Below are positions 24,049-33,345 of a DNA stretch of 64,000 nucleotides, one piece after another; positions within the stretch are counted from its first letter, which is position 1; every line of letters begins with the position of its first letter. The stretch spans positions 69,231 to 133,230 of the forward strand of contig JBDRRP010000022.1 of assembly GCA_043825735.1 (NCBI GenBank), read 5' to 3'. Origin of the DNA: Pseudomonadota bacterium (GTDB lineage Bacteria > Desulfobacterota > Desulfobacteria > Desulfobacterales > JBDRRP01). Below the pieces are notes generated by a model. The model made no database searches. It had not been told where the DNA came from and was given only the letters and a program-made list of their open reading frames with translations. Made by a program: the position numbers and the translations under genes.

Positions 24049-25476
24049 ATGTCTGTCATGAGAGCATGCGGCCTATTGGCGCTAGTTGGCCTGCTGAATG
24101 TAACAGCCGCCATCCGGCCGGCAATTGCAGGTGCTTATGACACGGTCTGGGCCGTGGTCAACAAGGGCGCGTTCGTGATCCCGAGCGAAGACGCGGGTTA
24201 TACCGATCCGGAAGGAAGGGCCGCCGGAAAGCGGATCGGTTACATCCCTGCAGGCGATCTGGTCAGGGTCGGCGTCTGCAGCCATGTCAATGGTCCGGAC
24301 GAAGAATCGACAGGCAACTACTGCAACGTCCACAGTGAAAACGGGGTCCAGGGTAAGACCATTGAAACACAGCTTTCCCCCCTCCGTCCGGGGAGCACCT
24401 ATGCCGTTGCCAGAAGTGAGATCGCACTATACGACCGCGAGCGCACCACCCAGCCGCGCGGCCGGTTTTCCAGGAACGCAGGACTTATCGTCGAAATCGT
24501 CGGCGACTGGCAGCAAGCGCCGCCCGAAGCCGCCGTCGATGTCATCGCCACATACAACGTCGGCAAAGCCGACGCTGTGACCGAGGTGGCAATTTTAAAA
24601 AGCGATCTCATCGAATCCACCCACATCATCGAAATCCCGGCGAACGCAGAAACTTCGCCGATGAAGTATGTCGCGCAGCGGTCACCGACCGGCGTTCTGG
24701 GGCTCATCGGTGAACCGGTCGGCATGTGGATTTTCAGGCCGGCCACCGCCGAATCCGCCGCCGTCCTGGCCGACCGCGTCTACCAGGACCTGGGATGGCA
24801 AGATGAAACCGGCACTGATGCAAAGGCACTGATCGCCAAGGCTTTCGACCTCACCACCACCACGCTGGACAAAATTCTCTGCACGGCGGCCATGGACCTG
24901 AAGGTGTCTTCGGGGTTCGAGGTGCTGGGAAACGAGTTGAAACTCAGCGGCGCCCTGCCAATCTACCGAACGGGCAAACTTTTTGATTTCGATGTGGATG
25001 TGATCGAACGCGACGGCAGGGTTCAGTACTGGGTGCTCACATCGAAAACCGTTACCTGCGATATGGGTGCCGGCATCTATGATTCCCGACCTAGGGCAGT
25101 GGACAGTGTGACGGTGTCGGTCTTTCGCAAGGGCCATGCAACCGACGTGCCGGTGCGTCTGACCGTGGATGGTGCCAAGCGATTGGGGCTTGGCATACCC
25201 GACGCGGTGGATCGGTACAATATCCCCCGTCTGTTCATCATTGAAGAATACCTGAATTATTTTGCAGCGCGGCGGTACATCGCCGACAGAATTGCCAATT
25301 CGACGATTTACGACGAAATGTCCCGGCAGGAGCGGATCATTCTCTATCATGTGCTTATCGCCAAGCTGGCCTATTTCCCCCGTGAGGTGGCTCCGGAAGA
25401 TGTCGCCGCCCATTCGGCGCCCGAAAATGAGCCTGGAAGTGCAAAGGCGGTTAAGTATTTAAGCCTGTTAAAGTAA
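24049..25476 (+). CDS. Secreted hypothetical protein (475 aa)
   Basis: RBS AAGGAAGG. Signal peptide MSVMRACGLLALVGLLNVTAAIRPAIAGA. No recognisable family motif. Confidence 0.55.
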   Translation: MSVMRACGLLALVGLLNVTAAIRPAIAGAYDTVWAVVNKGAFVIPSEDAGYTDPEGRAAGKRIGYIPAGDLVRVGVCSHVNGPDEESTGNYCNVHSENGVQGKTIETQLSPLRPGSTYAVARSEIALYDRERTTQPRGRFSRNAGLIVEIVGDWQQAPPEAAVDVIATYNVGKADAVTEVAILKSDLIESTHIIEIPANAETSPMKYVAQRSPTGVLGLIGEPVGMWIFRPATAESAAVLADRVYQDLGWQDETGTDAKALIAKAFDLTTTTLDKILCTAAMDLKVSSGFEVLGNELKLSGALPIYRTGKLFDFDVDVIERDGRVQYWVLTSKTVTCDMGAGIYDSRPRAVDSVTVSVFRKGHATDVPVRLTVDGAKRLGLGIPDAVDRYNIPRLFIIEEYLNYFAARRYIADRIANSTIYDEMSRQERIILYHVLIAKLAYFPREVAPEDVAAHSAPENEPGSAKAVKYLSLLK

Positions 25477-25492
25477 AGAATACTATTTAAAG

Positions 25493-26053
25493 ATGCGTGT
25501 GATAGAACTCAAAGAAATCATCGAGGCGCCGGCGTGCCAAGTCTTTGATTGGTTCATGAATTTAGACAAGAACTATATCGATTGGCACCCGAGTGCTCAT
25601 CAGTATTTCCGATGGTTGACAGAGAAGCCGATCGGCGAAGGATCGCTCTTTGAGTTTTCAGAAGAATTTGACGGGCATCCTCACCGAATGTTCATGAAGA
25701 TTACAGCGTTCAAAAAGAATCAAAAACTGTCCTTTGCGTCCGAAAGAATAGCTGTTGATTCTACTTTCCTGCCCGCCTGGCTTATTGAGCGCGCTGCTGC
25801 CGTATTTCAGGTCAAAATCGAGATGCACAGAACGTTCAGGTCGACTTCAAGCGATTCAACGGAGCTTTCTACCCGGCATATTTATGGATCACAACTGCCC
25901 ATCTTCGGGCGAATAATCGATTGGATACTGGATCGCTTTTTTATCTCAGACAGGAGTCATTTGTTACATATGAAGGAAGAGAGCTCAAATATGATACGGG
26001 AGTTGGAAAAAGCTGCCGGTGCAGATATCCATAGGGCTCAAGAGGCAACTTAG
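25493..26053 (+). CDS. SRPBCC-superfamily (polyketide cyclase/START-like) protein
   Basis: The N-terminus MRVIELKEIIEAPACQVFDWFMNLDKNYIDWHP is typical of SRPBCC/AHSA1-like proteins. 186 aa. Confidence 0.5.
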   Translation: MRVIELKEIIEAPACQVFDWFMNLDKNYIDWHPSAHQYFRWLTEKPIGEGSLFEFSEEFDGHPHRMFMKITAFKKNQKLSFASERIAVDSTFLPAWLIERAAAVFQVKIEMHRTFRSTSSDSTELSTRHIYGSQLPIFGRIIDWILDRFFISDRSHLLHMKEESSNMIRELEKAAGADIHRAQEAT

Positions 26054-26216
26054 AAGCGTCCAGACAAGGGTGTGAACACCGGAAGGGGGACTAAGAAGCT
26101 CCAGCAACCTTATGTTGCCGCAAAACGCGCCATGAATGCCGAGTCTCGGGGCGCCGATGGATCGGTCCACCGGACAACTTGAGCTTCATGGATATGCGTC
26201 AAAAAGGAAAAAAGCC

Positions 26217-27305
26217 ATGGCTAACGCGAAAATTACCATTATCAGCGACATCCACATGAGCAACAACGCCTCGTACGCCTGGTTTCAAGATAAACAAGCC
26301 GCTCTTCTTATCGGGATGTTAGATAGCGCCGCCAATAACACCAAACTGGACGAACTCCTGCTTTTGGGCGATGCCTTTGACCTTTGGGTCTATCCCATCG
26401 ATGTCGCGCCATGGACATTCGAAGAAGTCGTCAATCAGTGGCGCAGGCCTGCCAAAGGCACGACTCAAAGCGTGATCGGCGCTCTCAAACGCTGCATCGA
26501 AAAGGTGCCAAACGTCTATTACATCAACGGCAACCACGACATGCAGGTAACCGCCAGCCAGGTAGAAAGCATCGCATCCGGTGGCAATCGCATCCATTGG
26601 ACCACGCCCCAGGCGTATCGCCAAAAATACGGCGGCCGGTTGCACGTTGAGCACGGGCATGGCGTGGACATGTTCAACGCACCCGATAACTCTACGGACA
26701 CCCTAAACGGGATGCCCCTGGGATATTACATCACCCGGCTTGTAGCGAGCGCTGCCGATCCGGATACTAAACAGACAAAGCTCAACGGAATGCTTCTCGG
26801 TTTTCAAAAAAAGTATCTCACCGGTGCCAAACAAAGAGATGGTGATGACCAAAAATTGGGGGAAATCCTCGTCAACGCCATTATCGATCTGCTGACAGCC
26901 GATCTTCTAATCCACGGCAAACTGGTGACTGATGACACCGAGATCGTTTTTGCCGACCCAAGCCGGAATGTCACCATCGGTCAGGTGAAAGACGCCTACC
27001 ACAGTCTCCTCGGCACCTGGCACACCGGCGGCTGGGATCAACTGCTCGATAACATGCTGGTTTGCGCTATACCGAACGGGCTCGACTGGTATGCCAAAAA
27101 CCTCCTCGAAGGTCAGAACCCGCCCCAGGCCGTCGTCTTCGGTCACACCCACCACAGCGAACAAAACATTTACGGCGCCAGAAAGTACGGAAACGACGGG
27201 TGCTGGTGTAACAGCCCGAAGAATTCGAGGCCTTCATGCATCGCGCTAGATGTCACCCCGTCCGCTATCGACGTCACATTGGTAAACTGGATCGTTTCAG
27301 GGTAA
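26217..27305 (+). CDS. Calcineurin-like metallophosphoesterase
   Basis: Start MANAKITIISDIHM. Motifs DxH (SDIHM), GDxxDxW (LLLGDAFDLW), GNHD (INGNHD), GH (VEHGHG) and GHTH (VFGHTHH). Confidence 0.75.
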   Translation: MANAKITIISDIHMSNNASYAWFQDKQAALLIGMLDSAANNTKLDELLLLGDAFDLWVYPIDVAPWTFEEVVNQWRRPAKGTTQSVIGALKRCIEKVPNVYYINGNHDMQVTASQVESIASGGNRIHWTTPQAYRQKYGGRLHVEHGHGVDMFNAPDNSTDTLNGMPLGYYITRLVASAADPDTKQTKLNGMLLGFQKKYLTGAKQRDGDDQKLGEILVNAIIDLLTADLLIHGKLVTDDTEIVFADPSRNVTIGQVKDAYHSLLGTWHTGGWDQLLDNMLVCAIPNGLDWYAKNLLEGQNPPQAVVFGHTHHSEQNIYGARKYGNDGCWCNSPKNSRPSCIALDVTPSAIDVTLVNWIVSG

Positions 27306-27307
27306 AG

Positions 27308-27577
27308 ATGGGTGAAAAGCACGGACGACAGATGACGTTGGCGGCAGAGACCACCGTGGGAAAATGGATGCAAAACGGCAAGACGGTAACAGTGACCGGA
27401 GGGTCCGAACTCGAGTTTCTGGACGGACAGTTTTCACAATCGCCGACTACAGTTGATAGGCTGGCATTAGAAAACATCTCACTAATTCCGCGACCCCGAA
27501 GACCGGGCCGCGAACGGGGTGTCTGTGGAGACGATAACTGGGTAAATGGTGGAGATAGATGGATTCACCCTACATAA
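27308..27577 (+). CDS. Small ORF (89 aa) wedged between the metallophosphoesterase and the radical SAM gene; coding status unproven
   Basis: The ATG lies 2 nt after the upstream stop, and the ORF 3' end overlaps the rSAM start by 19 nt. MGEKHGRQMTLAAETTVGKWMQNGKTVTVTGGSELEFLDGQ...GVCGDDNWVNGGDRWIHPT. No family recognised. Confidence 0.3.
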   Translation: MGEKHGRQMTLAAETTVGKWMQNGKTVTVTGGSELEFLDGQFSQSPTTVDRLALENISLIPRPRRPGRERGVCGDDNWVNGGDRWIHPT

Positions 27578-28836
27578 GCAATCTTGCGATCAGTGTGGAA
27601 AAACAGGGCCCGGTCCGAGTCGCCAAGAATAGTTTTCCACTCCGATATGGCAGGTATTCGGAGATAAGAACATCCGAGTACGAATATCTGTTCAATTTGA
27701 ATGGGGAGATCAAATTTATTCGGGGTCTCAATGCAAATTGGCCTCATCCGGCTGAGCAACTAAAAAGGACGGATGGCAATGATTGGGTGTATTATTCGGT
27801 TGGCGACACCAGCGGTGAAAGCGGCATAATTTCCTGGCTGGGAGAATACTATTTACCTTGTCTTCCCTATTCCAGCAATTCAATTTGGGAGATTAATTAC
27901 TTTTCGAACCCCGAAATAATGAAGGCATTTGGCGCATGGCCGCAATTGTACGGGAGCCTTTATGAGTATGGGAAAGATCGGCTGCCTGCTAAAGCAAGAG
28001 AGTTAACAGGGCTCATTATAGAAAACCATGACGGAGCATTGTACGATCGGGCGAAGAGATTGAATCAAATCATCGGTGAACGGATTTCAGTTCTTCCGCC
28101 GGATACGCGGCATGTCGATTATGAGATAATTCCGCTCCCGATTTCAAATGGCTGTCTTTATCACTGCGATTTCTGCTGTGTGAAATCGGACCAGAGATTC
28201 AAGGTCCGTTCCAAGGCGGATATCCTTGATCAAATAAGGAAATTAAAAGAGTTTTATGGCCGTAATCTTGAAAATTATCACGGCCTGTTTTTGGGAAACC
28301 ACGATGCTCTTGCAGCGGGGCAAGAATTGATTGTCACTTCAGCCACCGAAGCATACAGCGCTTTTGGGTTTGACAGACCCGGTGGAACGACACCGATGCT
28401 TTTCCTGTTTGGCAGTGTGGATTCCCTGCTCAAGTTTGAGAATAAAGCATTCGAGAAGTTGAATCAGTTGCCTTTTTATACCTACATTAACATCGGATTC
28501 GAATCTATTGATACGGAAACGCTGGCTTGTCTGGGTAAACCCGTAGACGAACCAAAGGTAAGAGCGGCGTTTCAGAAGATGCTTGATATCAACGCCAGTT
28601 ATCGAAACATAGAAGTGACGGGAAATTTTGTTATCGGAGAAGGATTAACACCCGAACATTACCAATCCATAAAAGGGCTGCTTCAAGATGTGCCGAATGC
28701 TTCTCGCGGTAACGGGACAATATACTTGTCTGCTTTAAAAAATAGTCCAAAGAAACGTGAATTATTGCCAATAATTAAAGAAATTCAGGATAGTAGTAAA
28801 ATCCCTGTTTACGTATATTTGATTCAGCGCCTTTAA
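27559..28836 (+). CDS. Radical SAM protein with an uncharacterised ~190-aa N-terminal domain
   Basis: In-frame TAG immediately upstream and a GGTGGAG RBS. CxxxCxxC motif ISNGCLYHCDFCCVKS. AT-rich (20/60 GC at 27661-27720). Confidence 0.7.
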   Translation: MDSPYISNLAISVEKQGPVRVAKNSFPLRYGRYSEIRTSEYEYLFNLNGEIKFIRGLNANWPHPAEQLKRTDGNDWVYYSVGDTSGESGIISWLGEYYLPCLPYSSNSIWEINYFSNPEIMKAFGAWPQLYGSLYEYGKDRLPAKARELTGLIIENHDGALYDRAKRLNQIIGERISVLPPDTRHVDYEIIPLPISNGCLYHCDFCCVKSDQRFKVRSKADILDQIRKLKEFYGRNLENYHGLFLGNHDALAAGQELIVTSATEAYSAFGFDRPGGTTPMLFLFGSVDSLLKFENKAFEKLNQLPFYTYINIGFESIDTETLACLGKPVDEPKVRAAFQKMLDINASYRNIEVTGNFVIGEGLTPEHYQSIKGLLQDVPNASRGNGTIYLSALKNSPKKRELLPIIKEIQDSSKIPVYVYLIQRL

Positions 28837-28901
28837 GATGAAATTCGGTACTTGTAGCACGACGATACATCCTTTCTATCAAATCTGTAGGTATCGAAAA
28901 G

Positions 28902-29432
28902 TTGGAAACTTTCACTGAAGTCAAAAAAATGGTGGAAAACCCGAACTATCTATCCCAAAAGAAAGCTATCCTGAGCGGTCTCACGAATGATATGATCGAC
29001 CTTCCGATTATCGGGTTGGTAAACGGGCTCAACAGTCTGCCTTATTGTTTCACCCTGCAATGCTGTTATGGGCATTTTCTTTGCGACGGTCAAAGCGACC
29101 CGCACAACCTGGAACCTCTGCCGGTAAACGGTACCCGGAACGATGTCGAATACCGGATCGCATACGTTGCATTCTGCGTTGAAAAAAGCGACGCGGGAAA
29201 AGCACTGCTGGCCACCATGAAAAGGATTCCGGCCATCGACCCGGGATATGTCCAATTCGGGTGTGCTGAATGGTTCTGGAACAGCCAGGTCAATTCGTAT
29301 GCACTGCAGGTGGCGCCGGATCGATTCAAACATCAAGACACGGCGATAGTGGATTTTCGGGAGGCCTTGCATATTGAAAAAATACGAAACGCATTTTTTG
29401 CTCAGCTATGTGGTGAATTTGATTTGGCATAG
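28902..29432 (+). CDS. Hypothetical Cys-rich protein (176 aa)
   Basis: ORF only. Cys/His cluster PYCFTLQCCYGHFLCDG. The likely start is ATG 28929 (MVENPNYL), since 28902 is a TTG. Confidence 0.45.
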   Translation: METFTEVKKMVENPNYLSQKKAILSGLTNDMIDLPIIGLVNGLNSLPYCFTLQCCYGHFLCDGQSDPHNLEPLPVNGTRNDVEYRIAYVAFCVEKSDAGKALLATMKRIPAIDPGYVQFGCAEWFWNSQVNSYALQVAPDRFKHQDTAIVDFREALHIEKIRNAFFAQLCGEFDLA

Positions 29433-29478
29433 ACGGGTTCGGCGCTGTTTCCGTCTTGCGCTTGCTCGATTTATCTGT

Positions 29479-29900
29479 CGATTTTCTGGGGGCGTGAACG
29501 CACAATCAGGCGCGGTGACAGCCGTGAGGGCACTTTTGCTCGTGACCGCGCTGGCTCATGCCGGTGAGATCGAACCCAGAGCCTATTCCAAAAAATAATG
29601 ACTACTTCGGTAACAGGACCCTTGAGCAGGATCCCGTCTACTCCACCCAGGCCCACGGCACATATAGTTTTGGCGGCGGCGTTTGGGCGGCATTGAGCGG
29701 GACTTACGATTATGGCGGGCGCACGAGGATAGACGGCGTGGAGGTCCCTGATTTCGAGAACAATTGGCGCGTGGGCGTCACGCTGGCGCTGCCAGTGAAC
29801 CGGAACAACTCGATAAAATTTAACGCCAGCACCGGTGTATACACCGCTACGGGGAGCGATTTCGACCTGTTTGGGATTTTCTGGCAGTACCGCTGGGGCC
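29479..29900 (+). pseudogene. Remnant of an outer-membrane transporter (MetA-pathway/PF13557-like beta-barrel), frameshifted and internally deleted
   Basis: In one frame: signal-like ...LLLVTALAHAGEIEPRAYS. In another frame: C-terminal ...YDYGGRTRIDGVEVPDFENNWRVGVTLALPVNRNNSIKFNASTGVYTATGSDFDLFGIFWQYRWG. The middle of the barrel is missing. Confidence 0.55.
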
Positions 29901-30325
29901 AAGGGTTGTTACATCCGCCGAGCATCCTGGGAGTTCAGTCCGCATCAGGCCATCAGGCCATCAGGGGATCGCTGATTCAATTGAGGGCAAACGTGAAATT
30001 TTCAAGCGATGCCCCGTTTGATCTGATAACGCTTCATCAGAACATTTACTATTTCCCAGTCGATAAGCGGGTGCCATTGTTTCGGCATCTCATCGGACAT
30101 TTGAATCGCGGTGGCAAACTGTTGTTGACGTCGATCGGTCAAGGCGGCGGGCCGGGTTTCCAGGCATTGAACATCTGGTGCTCCACAACGGAAGGGTGCG
30201 GCCCGTTGCCCTACCCGGATCAACTCTGTGATCAATTACAAAAAGCCGGGTTTGGTAAAGTAAAGAAGAAGCGGTTGATTCCCTTTGAAAGTTTCTGGGG
30301 ATTTGTTGCTACAAAAACAGCATGA
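29901..30325 (+). pseudogene. C-terminal fragment of a class I SAM-dependent methyltransferase fused in frame to the OMP remnant
   Basis: FDLITLHQNIYYFPVDKRVPLFRHLIGHLNRGGKLLLTS...QLQKAGFGKV. The N-terminal GxGxG SAM-binding motif is absent. Confidence 0.5.
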
Positions 30326-30429
30326 TAACAACGGATAAATACGAGGGCTGGCTGAACGGAAAGCTGGCATTCACTTATTTCAAGGTGCAGTGACCCGGCC
30401 ATAAATTGCACTCAGCAGCCTTTACGAAA

Positions 30430-31089
30430 ATGCTCTGTAAGGTAACAAGACTGGCAAACCCTCCGAAGGGGGATTCAAACTGGGATAACCCCCCGTGGAA
30501 AGACATTGCCTCCGAGCAGATCCTGAACCACATGGGAAAGAGGCCTGACCATTTCCCAAAGGCAGCAGTGAAGATTGCCTACGATGACATGGCGATCTGG
30601 GTGATGTTCCGAGTCGAGGACAGATATGTTCGTGCCGTAGCCAAAGCGCACCAGGATAGTGTTTGCAGGGACAGTTGTGTAGAATTCTTCTTTACGCCTG
30701 GCGCTGACGTTTCCAGAGGATACTTCAATTTTGAGATGAATTGCGGCGGCACCATGCTCTTTCATTTCCAGCCGCTGCCCGGAAAGGGCCGGATCGAAGT
30801 CCCAGAGAGTGAACTCAACAAGATAAGCAGCGCCCACTCGTTGCCACGTATTGTTGATCCGGAAATCACTGAATCGGTCACATGGACCGTTGAGTATAGA
30901 ATTCCCACAGCGATGTTGGAGAAATACTGCCCGGTGACCCCGCCCGCGCCAAACGTGCTCTGGCGGGCGAATTTTTACAAATGCGCCGACGAGACATCGC
31001 ATCCGCACTGGTTGACATGGTCGCCGGTCGATCTTCCCGATCCCAATTTTCACGTCCCTCAGTCATTTGGTATTTTAAAATTCGAGTGA
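30430..31089 (+). CDS. Carbohydrate-binding family 9-like (DOMON-like) domain protein
   Basis: NWDNPPWKDIASEQI...IAYDDMAIWVMFRVEDRYV...SCVEFFFTP...YFNFEMNCGGTMLFH...WRANFYKCADETSHPHWLTWSPV...NFHVPQSFGILKFE. The family call is from memory. Confidence 0.5.
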   Translation: MLCKVTRLANPPKGDSNWDNPPWKDIASEQILNHMGKRPDHFPKAAVKIAYDDMAIWVMFRVEDRYVRAVAKAHQDSVCRDSCVEFFFTPGADVSRGYFNFEMNCGGTMLFHFQPLPGKGRIEVPESELNKISSAHSLPRIVDPEITESVTWTVEYRIPTAMLEKYCPVTPPAPNVLWRANFYKCADETSHPHWLTWSPVDLPDPNFHVPQSFGILKFE

Positions 31090-31205
31090 AACGCAATGGT
31101 GTTGTGGCGCGCAGTATGTCTATATTCTTAATATTTAAGATGTGACCGTAAGGGTACCAAAAAACGGAGGATATTTTGAACAAATCGGAAAGGGAAAAGT
31201 AAATT

Positions 31206-31430
31206 TTGGATAGAAAATTGATGATTTTACTGTTAGCCGGGGGGATCGGCCTGTTCAGTCAAGGCTGCACCTACCGCGCATGGTATGAAGGCTGGCGGGA
31301 GCAGCAGCGACAGGACTGCTATAGACATGCGAACCAGAGTGACCTTCAGGAATGCCTGGAAAAAGTTAATGGCATGACCTATGAGCAATATGAAAAAGAG
31401 CGGGAAGCAATGAAGAATCGACCAAAATAG
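31206..31430 (+). CDS. Small exported/lipoprotein-like protein
   Basis: (M)DRKLMILLLAGGIGLFSQGC signal-like N-terminus. 74 aa. The start is a TTG; an alternative is ATG 31221. Confidence 0.4.
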   Translation: MDRKLMILLLAGGIGLFSQGCTYRAWYEGWREQQRQDCYRHANQSDLQECLEKVNGMTYEQYEKEREAMKNRPK

Positions 31431-31440
31431 TGCCACTAAA

Positions 31441-31577
31441 CTTGATGAAACCGTAAAAAAGCAATTTTCTCGCAAAGACGCCAAGCACGCAAAGAAAATT
31501 TATTTAATATCAATGGGTTAACTTTGCGATCTTTGCGGCTTTGCGAGAGATTCGGACTTTTTACGAGACCATCAAAC
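31441..31577. repeat. Modular hairpin repeat, CGCAAAG-type (inverted orientation)
   Basis: CTTGATGAAACCGTAAAAAAGCAATTTTCTCGCAAAGACGCCAAGCACGCAAAG ... CTTTGCGATCTTTGCGGCTTTGCGAGAGATTCGGACTTTTTACGAGACCATCAAAC. Confidence 0.85.
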
Positions 31578-31880
31578 TTGGCTGTGGTGGGCGTTTTTCA
31601 GCCGGACCGGGCCGAGCTGCCCGCGGAACTGGTGCGCCGGGCGCAGCTTTTCGTGGACACCCGTGAAGGGGCCCAATCGGAGGCCGGCGACCTGATCCTG
31701 GCCGGTGTGGACGGGGCCGCCGTGACGCCGCTGGAAGCGGTTCTGGCGGGAGAGCGCACGCCCCGTCTCGATGCGCCTGTGGTATTTAAAAGTGTGGGCC
31801 ATGCGCTGTTCGATCCGGCAGCCGCCGTGGTGGCCGTGACCGGTCCAATTGCGTCCGGGCATGCATCCGGCCGCCGATGA
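31578..31880 (+). pseudogene. C-terminal fragment of an ornithine cyclodeaminase/mu-crystallin family gene
   Basis: VVGVFQPDRAELPAELVRRAQLFVDTREGAQSEAGDLILAGVDGAAVTPLEAVLAGE...VVFKSVGHALFDPAAA. Only the last ~100 codons are present, and they begin right at the repeat. Confidence 0.55.
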
Positions 31881-32013
31881 AAGATATGGCGGGGAGCCAT
31901 CGGGCCGCCGGCCACTTCGCCGGTGCCGACGGGATGAATGCGTTTTTTCGATCAGGCGCCCGCTATCTTTCAAGCGTGTGCCGCGGGCATCGCGCGGGGT
32001 ATTTGACGTATCT

Positions 32014-33345
32014 TTATTTGTTGATCACCTTGTTTGGAAAACCGTTTTTTTCCAAATCCTTGGACAAGTCTTCCGCGGCAGGCCGGGTGGGGTTTGCGCC
32101 GACGAACACGTGGTGTCCGTTGCCGGCGACGATGGTATACGGGAAGTACCCTTTTTGCGTCAGCCGTCGGGAGGCGGCGTCGGCCAATGCTGCGGACGGA
32201 TAAGACCCCACCAGACAGGCATAGCGTGTGTGGCCCACCAGCGCATCCTTGAGGTGATATTTTTTGACGGCGTCCGAAGCGGAAATGGCATCGGGGAAAT
32301 GCCCGAAATGAAGACGATACCAGATCCCTTTCTCGCCCAGATCGGTGCGTACCAGAAATGCCTGGAACCCCCGTCCGTATTCAGCGGCCATTTTTCGGGC
32401 CAATTCCGGATCTCGATAAGAGGCCATGTGAATGGAATACGGGTACAATCGCTCGACGTAGGCGGCGACCGCGGCAGGCTTTTTATCGGTCGCGGCCTTG
32501 GATGCAACGGCCCCCGATGGGGTGGGCGTCTGGACTGCAGCCGGCGGTTCCAAAGGGGCTATTTTGTGGAAGAGGATGCCGCTTTCAGCGGTCGATGTGG
32601 CCGGCGCTTCGGATTGGTAGGTCTTAAAATACATCACCGTGCAGACAACAAAGCCCAGCACTGATCCCCATAGCATGATCCGGCCCAGCTGCGGGGTCGC
32701 CTTAGGTCTTCCAGTCGTTGGCGACGGCGCTTTAGCCTTTGGCGGTCGGGCATTGCCCGCTCGGCGATGGTCTCCGGTAACTTTTTTGGGAGCCGGCGCG
32801 ACAGGCTGTGAGATATTCAGATTTGGTTTTTGCGCGGTCTCCGGCGCTGCGGGAGGCTTGGGCGGCGCTGCCTTCTTCACGGTTGCGGCAGTCACTTTCT
32901 TTGAAGTCGTTGCCGGAGGCGGTTCCGTGTCGGCTTTGGGCGCAGTGCTATTAGCCCGCGGTTTCACCGATTGTGCCTTATTGGGGGCCGGCGTTTTTGG
33001 GGACATAAAGACGGCGGCCGGGTCAGGAGTGGCCATCGGCGGCGGCGGGACGATGATTGTCGCCGCAGGCTCCTGATCCGCTGCCGCCCCACCCGTCAGG
33101 AGCGGCGTGTCATCTTCCAGACCATCAGCGCCGATAACGTCTTCATCCTCATCAATCCCCCCGAAGAGGTCATCGAGTTTTTCATCGACCGCTTCGCGAA
33201 GGTCGGAGACCTTCACCGGTGGCGCTTCCGTTGCGGTGCGATCCCTGTCAGGGGCACCGTCGGTGTTGTCGATGGCAGCGTCTCCGGGTTTATGGTTGAT
33301 GTCGCCAGGATCGCCTTCGGCCGCTTCGGGTTCATTGTCCGCCAT
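32014..33345 (-). CDS. SPOR-domain protein with a Pro/Ala-rich linker and one TM
   Basis: Start MADNEPEAAEG with a GGGAGAA RBS. TM IMLWGSVLGFVVCTVMYF. Two C-terminal SPOR-like repeats (YPYSIHMASYRDPELARKMAAEY...GIWYRLHFGHFPD and YACLVGSYPSAALADAASRRLTQKGYFPYTIV). Confidence 0.7.
   Translation of the reverse strand: MADNEPEAAEGDPGDINHKPGDAAIDNTDGAPDRDRTATEAPPVKVSDLREAVDEKLDDLFGGIDEDEDVIGADGLEDDTPLLTGGAAADQEPAATIIVPPPPMATPDPAAVFMSPKTPAPNKAQSVKPRANSTAPKADTEPPPATTSKKVTAATVKKAAPPKPPAAPETAQKPNLNISQPVAPAPKKVTGDHRRAGNARPPKAKAPSPTTGRPKATPQLGRIMLWGSVLGFVVCTVMYFKTYQSEAPATSTAESGILFHKIAPLEPPAAVQTPTPSGAVASKAATDKKPAAVAAYVERLYPYSIHMASYRDPELARKMAAEYGRGFQAFLVRTDLGEKGIWYRLHFGHFPDAISASDAVKKYHLKDALVGHTRYACLVGSYPSAALADAASRRLTQKGYFPYTIVAGNGHHVFVGANPTRPAAEDLSKDLEKNGFPNKVINK

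Noticed and set aside
26060-26135. Small hairpin CAGCAAC-cttat-GTTGCCG, considered as a miniature attC
   Set aside because: It is only a 5-bp stem with a 5-nt loop, with no L boxes or extrahelical bases. It is far shorter than any attC.
30320-30430. Possible attC after the methyltransferase fragment: GCATGATAAC overlapping the stop, plus a GGCTG(G)CTGA...TCAGCAGCC stem
   Set aside because: No GTTRRRY box follows the right arm, and the inner region does not pair. It fails the pattern seen at the seven accepted sites.
31849-32664. 271-aa + strand ORF overlapping the SPOR gene
   Set aside because: It is antisense to a gene with clear SPOR repeats and a proper RBS, and its composition is typical of a shadow frame.
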